This document shows positions 26,524-37,002 of a stretch of 64,000 nt of DNA, in pieces. The DNA is from OCS155 cluster bacterium AG-333-G23 (GTDB lineage Bacteria > Actinomycetota > Acidimicrobiia > Actinomarinales > Actinomarinaceae). Each line of letters opens with the position of its first letter. The first letter of the stretch is position 1. Made by a program: the position numbers and the translations under genes. A model generated the notes under the pieces. The model made no database searches. It was given only the letters and a program-made list of their open reading frames with translations, and had not been told where the DNA came from. Where the stretch lies: contig QBZE01000004.1 in NCBI GenBank assembly GCA_003282445.1, positions 14,836-78,835 of the forward strand, in the 5' to 3' direction.

Positions 26524-27401
26524 ATAATTACTTTATCTGGTTTGAAATATTTTTCGTTAAACGGGACATATGTAGCAACTACATTATCATCATATTCAAG
26601 AATATAAGTTTCTTTTGTTTTGAATAAGTCATTGTTCATTAATTCACCATTTTTAATATTAATTAAATCTTTTTCATTTACTTTAAGGATAGGTAAATCA
26701 ATAATTTCATTTTGAGAAAGTGGATTAGGAGTGGTTTTAGGATCAAGTTTTTTAATATCATTAATATATGAAATATGATTTATATCTATATTGCCTATTG
26801 ATATTCTTTTTAATTCAGAAACAATTCCGAATGTATTTATATCTTTTGCAATATCACTAATTAAAGATCTTATATATGTACCTTCACTGACTTTAACTTT
26901 AATTTCAGCTTTTTCCTTATTTAAACTAAGAATTTCTATTTCTTTAACATTGATTTTTCTTTTAGGAATATCTATTTCTCTGCCTTCTCTTGCATACTTA
27001 TAAAGTCTTTTACCTTTAACTTTTATAGCTGAATATTTAGGTGGAATTTGGAAAGATTCACCTAATTTATTATTTACTGCTTCACTGAACTCTTCTTTTA
27101 TTTGATTTAAATTTATATTATGGATTTTTTTAAATTCAGAATCAATATCTAATGTTTCAGAATCATATCCAAATAAACTCTTAACAACATATGTTTTTTC
27201 CTTATTTGAGATATAGTCGAATAATTTTGTATATTTATTTGTCGCAATAAGCATTGCACCTTCTGCATTAGGATCTAGTGTTCCCGAATGACCGACTTTA
27301 TCAAAATTATATATTTTTTTAAATTTTGTACATAAATCTTGAGATGTCCAGGTTTTTGGTTTATTAATAAAATAAAAGTTTGAGTTAAATTTTAATTGCA
27401 T
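26520..27401 (-). CDS. truB: tRNA pseudouridine-55 synthase TruB
   Basis: INKPKTWTSQD and catalytic Asp context GHSGTLDPNAEG. I start at internal ATG 27401 (MQLKFNSNFYFINKP); the ORF-track start 27479 would overlap nrnA by 95 nt. Confidence 0.85.
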   Translation of the reverse strand: MQLKFNSNFYFINKPKTWTSQDLCTKFKKIYNFDKVGHSGTLDPNAEGAMLIATNKYTKLFDYISNKEKTYVVKSLFGYDSETLDIDSEFKKIHNINLNQIKEEFSEAVNNKLGESFQIPPKYSAIKVKGKRLYKYAREGREIDIPKRKINVKEIEILSLNKEKAEIKVKVSEGTYIRSLISDIAKDINTFGIVSELKRISIGNIDINHISYINDIKKLDPKTTPNPLSQNEIIDLPILKVNEKDLINIKNGELMNNDLFKTKETYILEYDDNVVATYVPFNEKYFKPDKVII

Positions 27402-28323
27402 TCTTAATTTTTTCAATAATTTCTTTTTCAGAAAGTGTACTAGAAAATCCACTTGCAGCCTTATGACCACCCCCGTCAAATAATGAAGCTAGTTCTTGTA
27501 CATTGAAATTATTTCTTGATCTTAAACTTCCTTTAAAGGATCCGTCAGATTGTTCTTTTAATAATAAAGCAATATTTGCATCTTTAACTAATCTAACAAC
27601 ATCAATTAAAAAATCTGTTTCTTCTGGATCTATATTGTATTTTTTATAATCTTCTTGGTAAACAGTAGAATATGTGAATTGAATTTCCTTTTCTAATACA
27701 ATCCTATTTATTATTTCACTTTGTAGTTTTAAAGCATTAAATTCAATAGAACCATAAATATTTTCACTTATTAAAGCTAAGTCAGCTCCAATTTTTAATA
27801 ATTCAGAAGCAATGTTAAATACTTCAGATGTTGTATTTGAATATTGAAACCTACCGGTATCTGTAATTAAACCAGTTAATAAACAATTAGCCATAGTTTT
27901 ATCGATAGCAAAACCTTCTTTAATTAATTGTCTATACAGAACCTGAGTTGTACTCGCAGCTTCTGAATCAACAATTTGAACAGTTCCAAAAGTAGGGTCA
28001 ATGTGATGGTCAATTACAATAATGTTTGAAGCTTTTAATATAACTTCTTCATATTTTCCTAACCTTGAAGGATTGCCGCAATCAAATACAAAAACCGTTT
28101 CATAACTATCTTTCATGTTATTTGTAATTAAATAATAAGGAAGGTGATCTAAATTAGATGGAAGTTTATTTTGAATATCAAAATTGATATCAGCTTCTAT
28201 ATCTTGTTTGTCAAAAAGTATCTTTAAACAAAAAGATGCACCAAGAGCATCTCCGTCTGGATTTATATGACCTGTAATTAATATTGGGCCTTTATCAAAA
28301 AATGTACTTATTTTATTATTCAT
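27385..28323 (-). CDS. nrnA: DHH/DHHA1 phosphoesterase (NrnA-type nanoRNase / pAp phosphatase)
   Basis: HINPDGDALGA, VIDHH, DHHA1 GGGH. Conserved position after rbfA. Confidence 0.85.
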   Translation of the reverse strand: MNNKISTFFDKGPILITGHINPDGDALGASFCLKILFDKQDIEADINFDIQNKLPSNLDHLPYYLITNNMKDSYETVFVFDCGNPSRLGKYEEVILKASNIIVIDHHIDPTFGTVQIVDSEAASTTQVLYRQLIKEGFAIDKTMANCLLTGLITDTGRFQYSNTTSEVFNIASELLKIGADLALISENIYGSIEFNALKLQSEIINRIVLEKEIQFTYSTVYQEDYKKYNIDPEETDFLIDVVRLVKDANIALLLKEQSDGSFKGSLRSRNNFNVQELASLFDGGGHKAASGFSSTLSEKEIIEKIKNAIKI

Positions 28324-28660
28324 TAACAGTGTTTATTATTTTGTTTATTTTATCAACATGTTCAAAAGTTCCATCAATCTCAAATTGAATTCTAGGTACG
28401 TATTTTGTAGTTAGTTGTTTAGCAAGTTCTCTTTGAATTTTTGAACGATTCTTTTCGAGTGCGTTAATCAACTGACCTTTATTGTTTTCTATATTTGATA
28501 CATATATAGTTGATCGTTTCATATCAGGAGAAGTAGCTACATGAGTAATGGTAGATTTGTTAATAATTGAGTCAGAATTTCTTAGAAACTCATTTGAAAT
28601 AATTTGCTGTATTAATGGATTAATCCTATTAATTCTTCCACCACGTAATTGTTTTTTCAT
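28316..28660 (-). CDS. rbfA: ribosome-binding factor A
   Basis: RbfA-like KH fold and conserved position after infB. ATG 28660 lies 1 nt after the infB stop; the ORF-track GTG 28678 is an alternative. Confidence 0.85.
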   Translation of the reverse strand: MKKQLRGGRINRINPLIQQIISNEFLRNSDSIINKSTITHVATSPDMKRSTIYVSNIENNKGQLINALEKNRSKIQRELAKQLTTKYVPRIQFEIDGTFEHVDKINKIINTVNE

Positions 28661-28661
28661 T

Positions 28662-30677
28662 TTAGATTTCAACCTCACCTAAAATTTCAATTATGTCACC
28701 ATCCTTTATGTCTTTATAGTCAACTAAACCTATTCCGCACTCCAAACCTTCATTTACAGATTCAACATTATCTTTAAATCTTCTTAGTGAGGCTACATTA
28801 CCTTCATAGATTACAATTCCATCCCTCAATAATCTTGCTTTAGCATCCATTACTACTTTTCCTTCACTTACAATTGATCCAGCAACAACTCCAACCTTAG
28901 GTGCTCTGAAAGTAGTTTTCACTTCTACCATACCAATAACTGCTTCTTCTGTTTTAACAGTCATCTGTCCCATTACAGCTTCTTTAATGTCATCTAGTAA
29001 CTCATAAATTATTTTATAAGTTCTAATATCTATACCTTTACTTTGTGCCATATTTCGAGCTTGACTATCTGGTCTAACATTAAAACCAACAATTATTGAT
29101 TGTGTTGCTGAAGCTAAGTCAACATCAGATAAAACTATTCCGCCAACTCCAGAATGTACCACTTGTATATCAATTTCTTCATTTGATAATTTAAGCAAAC
29201 CATCTTTTAGAGCTTCTACAGATCCATTTGTATCAGCTTTTATAATTATATTAATAGATGACAGCTCACCTTCTTGTAGTAATTTCATCATGTCATCAAC
29301 TCTAGATTCAACAGAGTAAGTAGTTTCTTCAAAATTTTTGAGTAAGTCTTTGTTTTTTTCAGCTACTGTCTTAGCTTCTTTTTGTGATTTAACAGATATG
29401 AATTGATCTCCTGCCGTTGGTGAGTTATCCCATCCCATAATATCTACAGGTGTACCTGGTGTTGCTTCCTTGATAATCTTGTTGGAATGGTCAAACATTG
29501 ATTTTACTCTGCAAAAAGATGAACCTGCATATAAAAAGTCACCTTGATTTAAAGTTCCTCTTGTAACTATAACTGTTGATACGTTGCCTTTTCCTATTTC
29601 CATTCTTGATTCGATAATATATCCTGAAGCTTCGGTTTCGAATACTGATTTCAGTTCTTCAATTTCTGCTACTAGTGATAATGTCTCGAGTAAGTCATCA
29701 ATGCCATCTCCTTTTAACGCAGATATTTCTACTACCGGAATATCTCCACCAAGATCTTCAGCTATTATCTCGTATTTTGTTAAATCTGCTTTTACTAATG
29801 CTGGATTAGCATCAGGTAAATCACACTTATTTATTGCAACAACAATTGGAACATCAGCAGATTTTGCATGATTTATAGCTTCTATAGTTTGTGGCATAAT
29901 TCCATCATCTGCTGCAACAACTAAAACAACGATATCAGTAACATTGGCTCCCCTAGCTCTCATTTGTGTAAATGCTTCGTGACCAGGTGTATCAATAAAT
30001 GTAATTCCATGGTCGCCAGACTCTATTTTGTAAGCACCTACATGCTGGGTTATTCCACCAGCTTCGTTTTCGGCAACTTTTTCTTTTCTAATAAAATCTA
30101 ATAAACTTGTTTTACCATGATCTACATGTCCCATAACAGTAATAATTGGTGAACGTACTTTTAAATTTTTTTCTTCGTCTTCAAAAATAACTTCATTAAT
30201 TATCTCAGATCTTTTAATTTCAACTTTTGTAATAAACTCAGGAATGAAATTATATTTTTCTAAAAGCTTTTCTATCTCATCATTACTTAAATTTGAAGTT
30301 ACTGACTGCATTATTCCTAACGACATTAAATCGGCTACAATTTGTGTTGAATCTTCATCTATCAATTCTGATAGTTGCTCGGGAGTAGATCCCTCAGTAA
30401 CTTCAATTATGTTAACGTCTTTTTCTTCAACTTTTTCATCTTCTTCTTGAGCTTTTTCTTCTTCTTCTAATTTTTCCTGATTAGATGTATCTTCTTTCTT
30501 ATTTTCTTCAACGATTTTATCTTCTTCATAAGACAATACAACTAATTCCTCTTCTTCGGGGGTTAGGCCAGATGAAGCTGTTTTTACTTCTATACCAAGT
30601 TCATTGGCTTTATGTAATATATCTGCTGAAGCTACTTCTAATTCTTTAGCGAGTTGATGTATTCGCTTTTTAGCCAT
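28662..30677 (-). CDS. infB: translation initiation factor IF-2
   Basis: G-domain GHVDHGKTS, DTPGHEAF, NKCD. IF-2 domains II to IV. Acidic N-terminal region. Confidence 0.97.
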   Translation of the reverse strand: MAKKRIHQLAKELEVASADILHKANELGIEVKTASSGLTPEEEELVVLSYEEDKIVEENKKEDTSNQEKLEEEEKAQEEDEKVEEKDVNIIEVTEGSTPEQLSELIDEDSTQIVADLMSLGIMQSVTSNLSNDEIEKLLEKYNFIPEFITKVEIKRSEIINEVIFEDEEKNLKVRSPIITVMGHVDHGKTSLLDFIRKEKVAENEAGGITQHVGAYKIESGDHGITFIDTPGHEAFTQMRARGANVTDIVVLVVAADDGIMPQTIEAINHAKSADVPIVVAINKCDLPDANPALVKADLTKYEIIAEDLGGDIPVVEISALKGDGIDDLLETLSLVAEIEELKSVFETEASGYIIESRMEIGKGNVSTVIVTRGTLNQGDFLYAGSSFCRVKSMFDHSNKIIKEATPGTPVDIMGWDNSPTAGDQFISVKSQKEAKTVAEKNKDLLKNFEETTYSVESRVDDMMKLLQEGELSSINIIIKADTNGSVEALKDGLLKLSNEEIDIQVVHSGVGGIVLSDVDLASATQSIIVGFNVRPDSQARNMAQSKGIDIRTYKIIYELLDDIKEAVMGQMTVKTEEAVIGMVEVKTTFRAPKVGVVAGSIVSEGKVVMDAKARLLRDGIVIYEGNVASLRRFKDNVESVNEGLECGIGLVDYKDIKDGDIIEILGEVEI

Positions 30678-30680
30678 AAA

Positions 30681-31706
30681 TTATTCTTCCTCTTCATTAG
30701 ATTCAGCTTCTATTTCTTCTTGAGGAGAATCACCAAGTCCTTCAATATCTATTTTATAACCAGTTAATTTTGCTGCCAGTCTAGCATTTTGACCTTCTTT
30801 TCCAATTGCTAATGACAATTGGTTATCTCTAACAACAACTTTTGCACTTTTTGTATCCTCATCAATTTCTACCTCTTCAATGTCTGCTGGTCCTAATGCT
30901 TCAATGATAAATCGAACTTTATCTTCTCTCCATTCAACAACATCTAGTTTTTCACCTTTGAGTTCATTAACTATTTGTCTTACTCTTGAACCTCTTGAAC
31001 CAACACAAGCTCCTTTTGGATCAACATTGGGATCATTTGAAAATACTGCAATTTTTGTTCTACTACCAGCTTCTCTAGCTATAGCTCTTAATTCAACCGT
31101 ACCATCTGTCAACTCTGGAACTTCTAGTTCCAGCATACGCTGAACAAATTCTGCTCTATTTCTGCTTACTATAATTGGAATTCCTTTAGCTTCAGTTCTT
31201 ATTTCAGTAATTAAAGCTTTTATCCTGTTTCCTCTTTCTAATCTTTCAAAAGGTATTCTTTCACTTGATGGTATAACTGCTTCAGCATCTTGAAGATCAA
31301 TAATGGTTTGATTAAATCTTGAATCAAATTGTGTCACTATACCAGTAATCAATTCTCCCTCTCTGCCTATATAAGCGTCTAATACAGTCGCTCTTTTTGC
31401 ATCTCTTACTTTTGTTGTCATCATTTGTTTAAATGATTGTGCAGCTATTCTGCCAAAATCTTCATCATTAATATCAGGTTCCCATTCACTGATAACGTTT
31501 CCATCATTATCTAATTCTTGGGCATAAACTGTAATTTCTCCAGAATCAGGATTTAATGTTACTCTAGCTTCTTCTGCTGCACCTGGAATTCTCATGTATG
31601 CTGATCTGAATGCAGATACTAATGCCTCATACATGCTTTCAACTGCAACTCCTTTTTCAAGAGCCAGTGATTCAATTGCTTGTTTTATATCGCTACCTAA
31701 TTTCAT
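30681..31706 (-). CDS. nusA: transcription termination/antitermination factor NusA
   Basis: S1 domain plus KH1/KH2 (GACVGSRGSRV, AIGKEGQNARLA). Acidic C-terminus. Confidence 0.95.
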   Translation of the reverse strand: MKLGSDIKQAIESLALEKGVAVESMYEALVSAFRSAYMRIPGAAEEARVTLNPDSGEITVYAQELDNDGNVISEWEPDINDEDFGRIAAQSFKQMMTTKVRDAKRATVLDAYIGREGELITGIVTQFDSRFNQTIIDLQDAEAVIPSSERIPFERLERGNRIKALITEIRTEAKGIPIIVSRNRAEFVQRMLELEVPELTDGTVELRAIAREAGSRTKIAVFSNDPNVDPKGACVGSRGSRVRQIVNELKGEKLDVVEWREDKVRFIIEALGPADIEEVEIDEDTKSAKVVVRDNQLSLAIGKEGQNARLAAKLTGYKIDIEGLGDSPQEEIEAESNEEEE

Positions 31707-31713
31707 AATTTCC

Positions 31714-32190
31714 TTAATTCTTAATTTTCTCTTTAAATTTTATTAAATCTAACCTTGCTTTTTTAATATTATTTATATCAATCTTTATAATTTGCTCATT
31801 AACCAAAAGATCTATATTTTCATTCTCTATATTTATCAATGTGCCTTGAAAACTATATTGATTATCAATAGGATCTATTAACTTTACTTTTATATATTCA
31901 TTTAGAGATATTTCATAATGTCTTGATGTCTTTAATTGTCTTTCTAAACCTGGACTAGAAATTATTAATTCATAGGTTCCTTTTTCAAGATTTACCTCTT
32001 CAAGCAACCTCTGTATCTGATGATTTAGTCGCTCAATTGTTTTATAGTCTAAATTTGTTGATGAATATACATATATTTCAATCTTTGAAACGGATGGATA
32101 ATTTACAATATTTATATCATAAAGTTCTAAATTTTCTTCAATTAAATAATTAGAAACTGTAGAGATTATGTCGTTTTTATCCAACTCCAT
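31714..32190 (-). CDS. rimP: ribosome maturation factor RimP
   Basis: SSPGLERQLK motif and conserved position upstream of nusA. The start is taken at internal ATG 32190 (MELDKNDII...). Confidence 0.85.
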   Translation of the reverse strand: MELDKNDIISTVSNYLIEENLELYDINIVNYPSVSKIEIYVYSSTNLDYKTIERLNHQIQRLLEEVNLEKGTYELIISSPGLERQLKTSRHYEISLNEYIKVKLIDPIDNQYSFQGTLINIENENIDLLVNEQIIKIDINNIKKARLDLIKFKEKIKN

Positions 32191-32290
32191 ACTCCCTCCA
32201 ATCATAAAAAAAGCGGGTTTGCCACCCACTGTCATGTAGCTAAATTGTCTATTTTATTTTAACAATAATTAGTAATTATTGAAAGAATTT

Positions 32291-33715
32291 TTAATAAGCT
32301 TTTGAAAAAATAGCAAATTTACCATCTTTTTTATCATTTATTGATTGCTTAGTGTCTTCATTGTTTATCGGGTAACATCTAATTGTCGCACTTGTTAATT
32401 CTTTTATTTCTAATTCATCATCCTTGTTTTCAGACCAATAACAAGTAACAAAACCTTCTTTATTATTTAATGCTTCTATTAAGTCTTCTTTCGAATCAAC
32501 ATGCATTGTGTTTTCTTCCATATGATTTTTAGAAATATCAAACATATTTTTTTGTATATCAATTAATAATTGATCAATTTTGGATTTTAATTTATCTATA
32601 GAAACTTCTTCTTTTGAATTATCTATATCTCTTCTAGAAAGAATAACTTTATTATTTTCAATATCTCTTGGGCCTATCTCAATTCTTATTGGTACTCCTT
32701 TTAGCTCCCACTCATTAAACTTATATCCAGGAGTTACCTCTTCTCTATCATCAATACTTAATCTATAGTTTGATAACATTGTTTTTATATTTTCTACATT
32801 CTCCATAACTTTGTTTTTATCATTTTTTGAAGGGATTATAGGAACTATCACAACTTGTATAGGTGCTAAATTTGGTGGTAATTTAAGTCCTTTATCATCT
32901 CCATGAGCCATAATTATCATTCCAATAAGTCTTGTGCTAACACCCCAGCTAGTTTGAAATGGATTTTGTAATTTATTATTTTCGTCTGAATATTCTATTT
33001 CAAATGCTTTTGAAAAATTTTGGCCTAATTCATGAGATGTTCCTGCCTGTAAAGCTTTCTTATCAAGCATCATTGCTTCTATTGAATAAGTTTTCTCAGC
33101 ACCAGCAAACTTTTCAAGTTCAGATTTTAATCCCTTAGTTACCGAAACAGCAGCAATATTTTGAACGAATTCTTCATAAATGTTTAGCATTTGTATTGCT
33201 TCTTCATTTGCTTCTTCTTTAGTTGCATGGGCTGTATGTCCTTCTTGCCAAAGAAATTCAGAAGTTCTTAAAAATAATCTTGTTCTCATTTCCCATCTTA
33301 CGACATTAGCCCACTGATTTATTAATAATGGTAGATCTCTATGACTTGATATCCATTTTGAAAACATATGATTAATTATGGTTTCTGAAGTTGGTCTAAC
33401 TATTAATGGTTCTTCTAGTTCTTTGCCTCCAGCATGAGTTACTGTAGCTAACTCTGGTGAAAAACCTTCAACATGTTCTGCTTCTTTTTCTATAAAGGAT
33501 TTTGGTATAAAGAGTGGAAAATAAGCATTCTTATGTCCGGTTTCTTTAAACCTATTATCTAAATATTCTTGTATATTTTCCCAAATTGCATAACCATATG
33601 GCCTTATAACCATTGTTCCTTTTACTGGGGAATAATCTGCAAGCTCAGCTTCTTGAATTATATCTGTATACCATTGATTAAAATCTTCTGACATTGGAGT
33701 AAGATTTTTCATCAT
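32291..33715 (-). CDS. proS: proline--tRNA ligase (archaeal/eukaryote-like short type)
   Basis: Class II motifs (FRDE-like RPTSET, RTSEFLWQEGH, GTSH). No INS editing domain. The C-terminal domain ends in Tyr. Confidence 0.92.
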   Translation of the reverse strand: MMKNLTPMSEDFNQWYTDIIQEAELADYSPVKGTMVIRPYGYAIWENIQEYLDNRFKETGHKNAYFPLFIPKSFIEKEAEHVEGFSPELATVTHAGGKELEEPLIVRPTSETIINHMFSKWISSHRDLPLLINQWANVVRWEMRTRLFLRTSEFLWQEGHTAHATKEEANEEAIQMLNIYEEFVQNIAAVSVTKGLKSELEKFAGAEKTYSIEAMMLDKKALQAGTSHELGQNFSKAFEIEYSDENNKLQNPFQTSWGVSTRLIGMIIMAHGDDKGLKLPPNLAPIQVVIVPIIPSKNDKNKVMENVENIKTMLSNYRLSIDDREEVTPGYKFNEWELKGVPIRIEIGPRDIENNKVILSRRDIDNSKEEVSIDKLKSKIDQLLIDIQKNMFDISKNHMEENTMHVDSKEDLIEALNNKEGFVTCYWSENKDDELEIKELTSATIRCYPINNEDTKQSINDKKDGKFAIFSKAY

Positions 33716-33733
33716 GTATATATCTTATAATAA

Positions 33734-34957
33734 TTAAGTGTCAATATCTTCATTTGATGTAATCTCTACTACAGACTTAGATTTTAATTTAAAATTATTA
33801 ATATCGCCTTGTATATCAATTAACGCTTCGACATCTTCTTGTGCTATTTTTGCGGCGTCTTTATCAGCAGCAGCTAACCTTGCTTCGATTCCCTCATTTG
33901 TAATGAGTTCACCTTCTTTTACTAAAGAACTTACCATATCTTTTTCATCTACAACTTTAACTACCTGGCCTTTAATAAATAAATGTCCCTTATTTCTACC
34001 AGCAGCAATACCTAAATCTGCAGATTTAGCTTCACCAGGACCATTAACAACACAACCCATAACAGCAACTTGAATAGGAAAACCTTTTTCTTCTAAAGCT
34101 TCTTGAGCTTCATTGGCTACCTTAATTACATCAACTTCTGCTCTTCCGCAACTAGGACAAGCAATAAGATCTAAGGATTTTCGTTCTCTTAAATTAAGAT
34201 ATTCTAATAACTGTCTTCCATATTTAGCTTCATCTACAGGATCAGTAGTCAAAGAAAGTCTAATAGTATCCCCTATGCCTTCTGATAATAATGTAGATAT
34301 TCCAGCAACAGACTTAATTAAACCGCCTGGTAATGGACCAGCTTCAGTAACTCCAAGATGTAAAGGATACTCAACTTTTTCTGATAATAATCTATATGCT
34401 TCAATCATTAACGGAACATTTGAATGTTTTACGGATATTTTTATATCGTAAAAGTCAACTTCCTCCAAATATCTAATTTCTTTTAATGCTGATTCAACCA
34501 AGGCTTCAGGTGATGATTCAGGATATTTCTTTGCTATGTCCTTATCTAAGGAGCCTGCATTTACACCAACCCTAATAGGAATTTTTGCTAGTAACGCCTC
34601 TCTAGCAACTTCCTTAATATGTTTTTCATCTCTTATATTTCCAGGATTCAAACGTAAACCTTGAACTCCAGCTTCAATAGCAGCTAATGCAAGTTTGTAT
34701 TGAAAATGTATATCAGCAATTATGGGTACTGGGCTTCTGGTAGATATCTCCACCAATGAAGTGGCAGCATCTACTTCATTACATGTGACCCTTACTATAT
34801 CTGCTCCATTACTCGCTAGTTCATATATTTGCTCTAGTGTCTTTTCTGTATCTTTAGTTTTGGTTGTAGTCATTGACTGAACAGTTATTGGATAATCAGA
34901 TCCAACACCTACTGATCCTATTTTTATTTGTTTAGTTTGTCTTCTTTTCATAGTCAT
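33734..34957 (-). CDS. ispG: 4-hydroxy-3-methylbut-2-enyl-diphosphate synthase (flavodoxin)
   Basis: GcpE motifs RVGVNAGSL, IACPSCGR, GCVVNGPGE. ATGA overlap with the rseP stop. Confidence 0.95.
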   Translation of the reverse strand: MTMKRRQTKQIKIGSVGVGSDYPITVQSMTTTKTKDTEKTLEQIYELASNGADIVRVTCNEVDAATSLVEISTRSPVPIIADIHFQYKLALAAIEAGVQGLRLNPGNIRDEKHIKEVAREALLAKIPIRVGVNAGSLDKDIAKKYPESSPEALVESALKEIRYLEEVDFYDIKISVKHSNVPLMIEAYRLLSEKVEYPLHLGVTEAGPLPGGLIKSVAGISTLLSEGIGDTIRLSLTTDPVDEAKYGRQLLEYLNLRERKSLDLIACPSCGRAEVDVIKVANEAQEALEEKGFPIQVAVMGCVVNGPGEAKSADLGIAAGRNKGHLFIKGQVVKVVDEKDMVSSLVKEGELITNEGIEARLAAADKDAAKIAQEDVEALIDIQGDINNFKLKSKSVVEITSNEDIDT

Positions 34958-36054
34958 AAATTTATTGGATTAGTTAAGTCTAAATAAAATGCAGTAATAC
35001 CAATAAAAATAAATACCCCAACTACTACTAATGCAATTGGATATAAATTCTTTTCAGGTACTTTTTTTCCTGTAATTCCTTCAATAATTGACATTAAAAC
35101 TCGACCACCATCTAAAGGAATTAATGGAATAGCATTAAATACAGCTAAAAAAACGTTAACAAATGCTAAAAGACTAAAAAAGTTTGTGTAACCATAAGCT
35201 GCGATCTGGCTTCCAGCCTGTGCTAGACCTAGGGGGCTTAATGGCCTTACTTCATCAGGAATATTTCCACCAGAATAAGTTCCTAATAAAGTAGCTATGT
35301 TCGAAGGACTTAAAAGTGTAAATATTCCATCAACAGCAGCAATTGTCATATAATATTCTGTTTGTGTCGTGTAAATAAACGACTCTATTAAAGAAAGATC
35401 CTTATTAATTATTTTTGGAGATATACCAAGATAACCCTGTTCTTTATTGTTTATTGATCTATTTTCTAAAATTGTATTCGTAATAATTATATTTTCGTTT
35501 CTAATTAATTTTATTTCTACGCTTTCAGATGGATTCATCTCAATTAAATTTACGAGTTCATTCCAATTTTCTACTTTTACTCCATTAAATTCATAAATTG
35601 TATCACCTGGCATCAAGCCTGCTATTTCAGATGGTGATTCTGATTTATCATTTATTGAAGAACCAACAGTAGAAATTTCTAAAGATGGCTCACTGATTCC
35701 ATTTATGTTAATAACAAAAAAAATAATTAACCAAGCAGATAAAAAGTTAACAACTATTCCAGATATTGATATATATAATTTTGTAGTCCACTTAGATGTA
35801 TGAAATAGTTCTTCATTATTAAAACCAGATACATCTTCAGACTCATCCATTCCAGGGATTTTTACATAACCACCTAAAGGCAAGGCTTTAAGACCAAATT
35901 CTGTATTATTCTTTTTAAAAGAAAATATCTTAGGACCAAAACCAACAAAAAATTCTGAAACAGCAACCCCTGATCTTCTTGCTGCTAAAAAGTGTCCGAA
36001 TTCATGTAAAACAACAAAAAAAGTAAGAAATAATATAGTCAAAATACCATTCAT
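34954..36054 (-). CDS. rseP: RIP metalloprotease RseP / site-2 protease (M50)
   Basis: HEFGH zinc motif, PDZ-like middle domain, C-terminal NAIPLIPLDGG. Confidence 0.9.
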   Translation of the reverse strand: MNGILTILFLTFFVVLHEFGHFLAARRSGVAVSEFFVGFGPKIFSFKKNNTEFGLKALPLGGYVKIPGMDESEDVSGFNNEELFHTSKWTTKLYISISGIVVNFLSAWLIIFFVININGISEPSLEISTVGSSINDKSESPSEIAGLMPGDTIYEFNGVKVENWNELVNLIEMNPSESVEIKLIRNENIIITNTILENRSINNKEQGYLGISPKIINKDLSLIESFIYTTQTEYYMTIAAVDGIFTLLSPSNIATLLGTYSGGNIPDEVRPLSPLGLAQAGSQIAAYGYTNFFSLLAFVNVFLAVFNAIPLIPLDGGRVLMSIIEGITGKKVPEKNLYPIALVVVGVFIFIGITAFYLDLTNPINL

Positions 36055-36066
36055 TATTTATTTCAC

Positions 36067-37002
36067 CTAAGTGTTTAAATTATAAAATTGAGACACCAGT
36101 AATAGAAAAGCAAAACTTAATAAATAAGAATCTACCCTATCAAGAAATCCACCATGTCCTGGAAGAGTGTCTGAGGAATCTTTTATCCCTAAAGAACGTT
36201 TGATTCTAGACATAAATAAATCACCAATTACACCAAACAGTATAAAGAAAATAGAAATGACTATTGTTTGTAAGAAATTAATATTTAAATTTATATAAAA
36301 ATTAATAGACATAAATATTGAACCAAAAAGTAAACCAAAAACTAATCCTTCAACAGTTTTATTAGGTGATATAGATTCAACAAGTTTTCTTTTTCCTATT
36401 CTTCTTCCAGCTTCATAAGCTGCGACATCTGATACAGAAATAGAAATAATGGCAAGATATGTAAATAATATGTTATATTCAATCAATATGTATGCAACAG
36501 AAAGTACGCCTAGTGAAAACCAAGTATGAAAAATAAAAACTGAACCAAATTTGTCATAAATACCATAATTTATAAATGTTCCCGTATAAATAATTAAACC
36601 AATTGGAAATATGAAATAAGCATAATGTACTTTAGATATGTCATAGAAATATAAAATTATCAATGGTGCGATAGGTGAATAAATCAATAATGAATATGGA
36701 ATATAGGCATCGTATTCAAAAATATCGAACCATTCTTTTGAACATATTAAAGATAATAAAATTAATAGTAAAAAAGCTGTTACTTTACTTATGAAAAATA
36801 AAGATAAGACAATAAAAAGAATTAATCCAGTAACAACTCTTGGATTGTTTTTTATGAAATTATTTTTATTCTCTTCTTCATAATGAACTTCTGATTCATT
36901 AGGAACTTCAATCACACCAGGCCAAAAAGTGCCATCATCATCTGAAGCAAAAGTTAATTTATACTTCGAGAAGTTCATCTTGTTTTTTTGAAAGAATTTC
37001 AT
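36067..37002 (-). CDS. cdsA: phosphatidate cytidylyltransferase
   Basis: CdsA signature SRIKRSLGIKDSSDTLPGHGGFLDRVDS. The start is uncertain because the ORF overlaps the frr 3' end by 44 nt. Confidence 0.85.
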   Translation of the reverse strand: MKFFQKNKMNFSKYKLTFASDDDGTFWPGVIEVPNESEVHYEEENKNNFIKNNPRVVTGLILFIVLSLFFISKVTAFLLLILLSLICSKEWFDIFEYDAYIPYSLLIYSPIAPLIILYFYDISKVHYAYFIFPIGLIIYTGTFINYGIYDKFGSVFIFHTWFSLGVLSVAYILIEYNILFTYLAIISISVSDVAAYEAGRRIGKRKLVESISPNKTVEGLVFGLLFGSIFMSINFYINLNINFLQTIVISIFFILFGVIGDLFMSRIKRSLGIKDSSDTLPGHGGFLDRVDSYLLSFAFLLLVSQFYNLNT

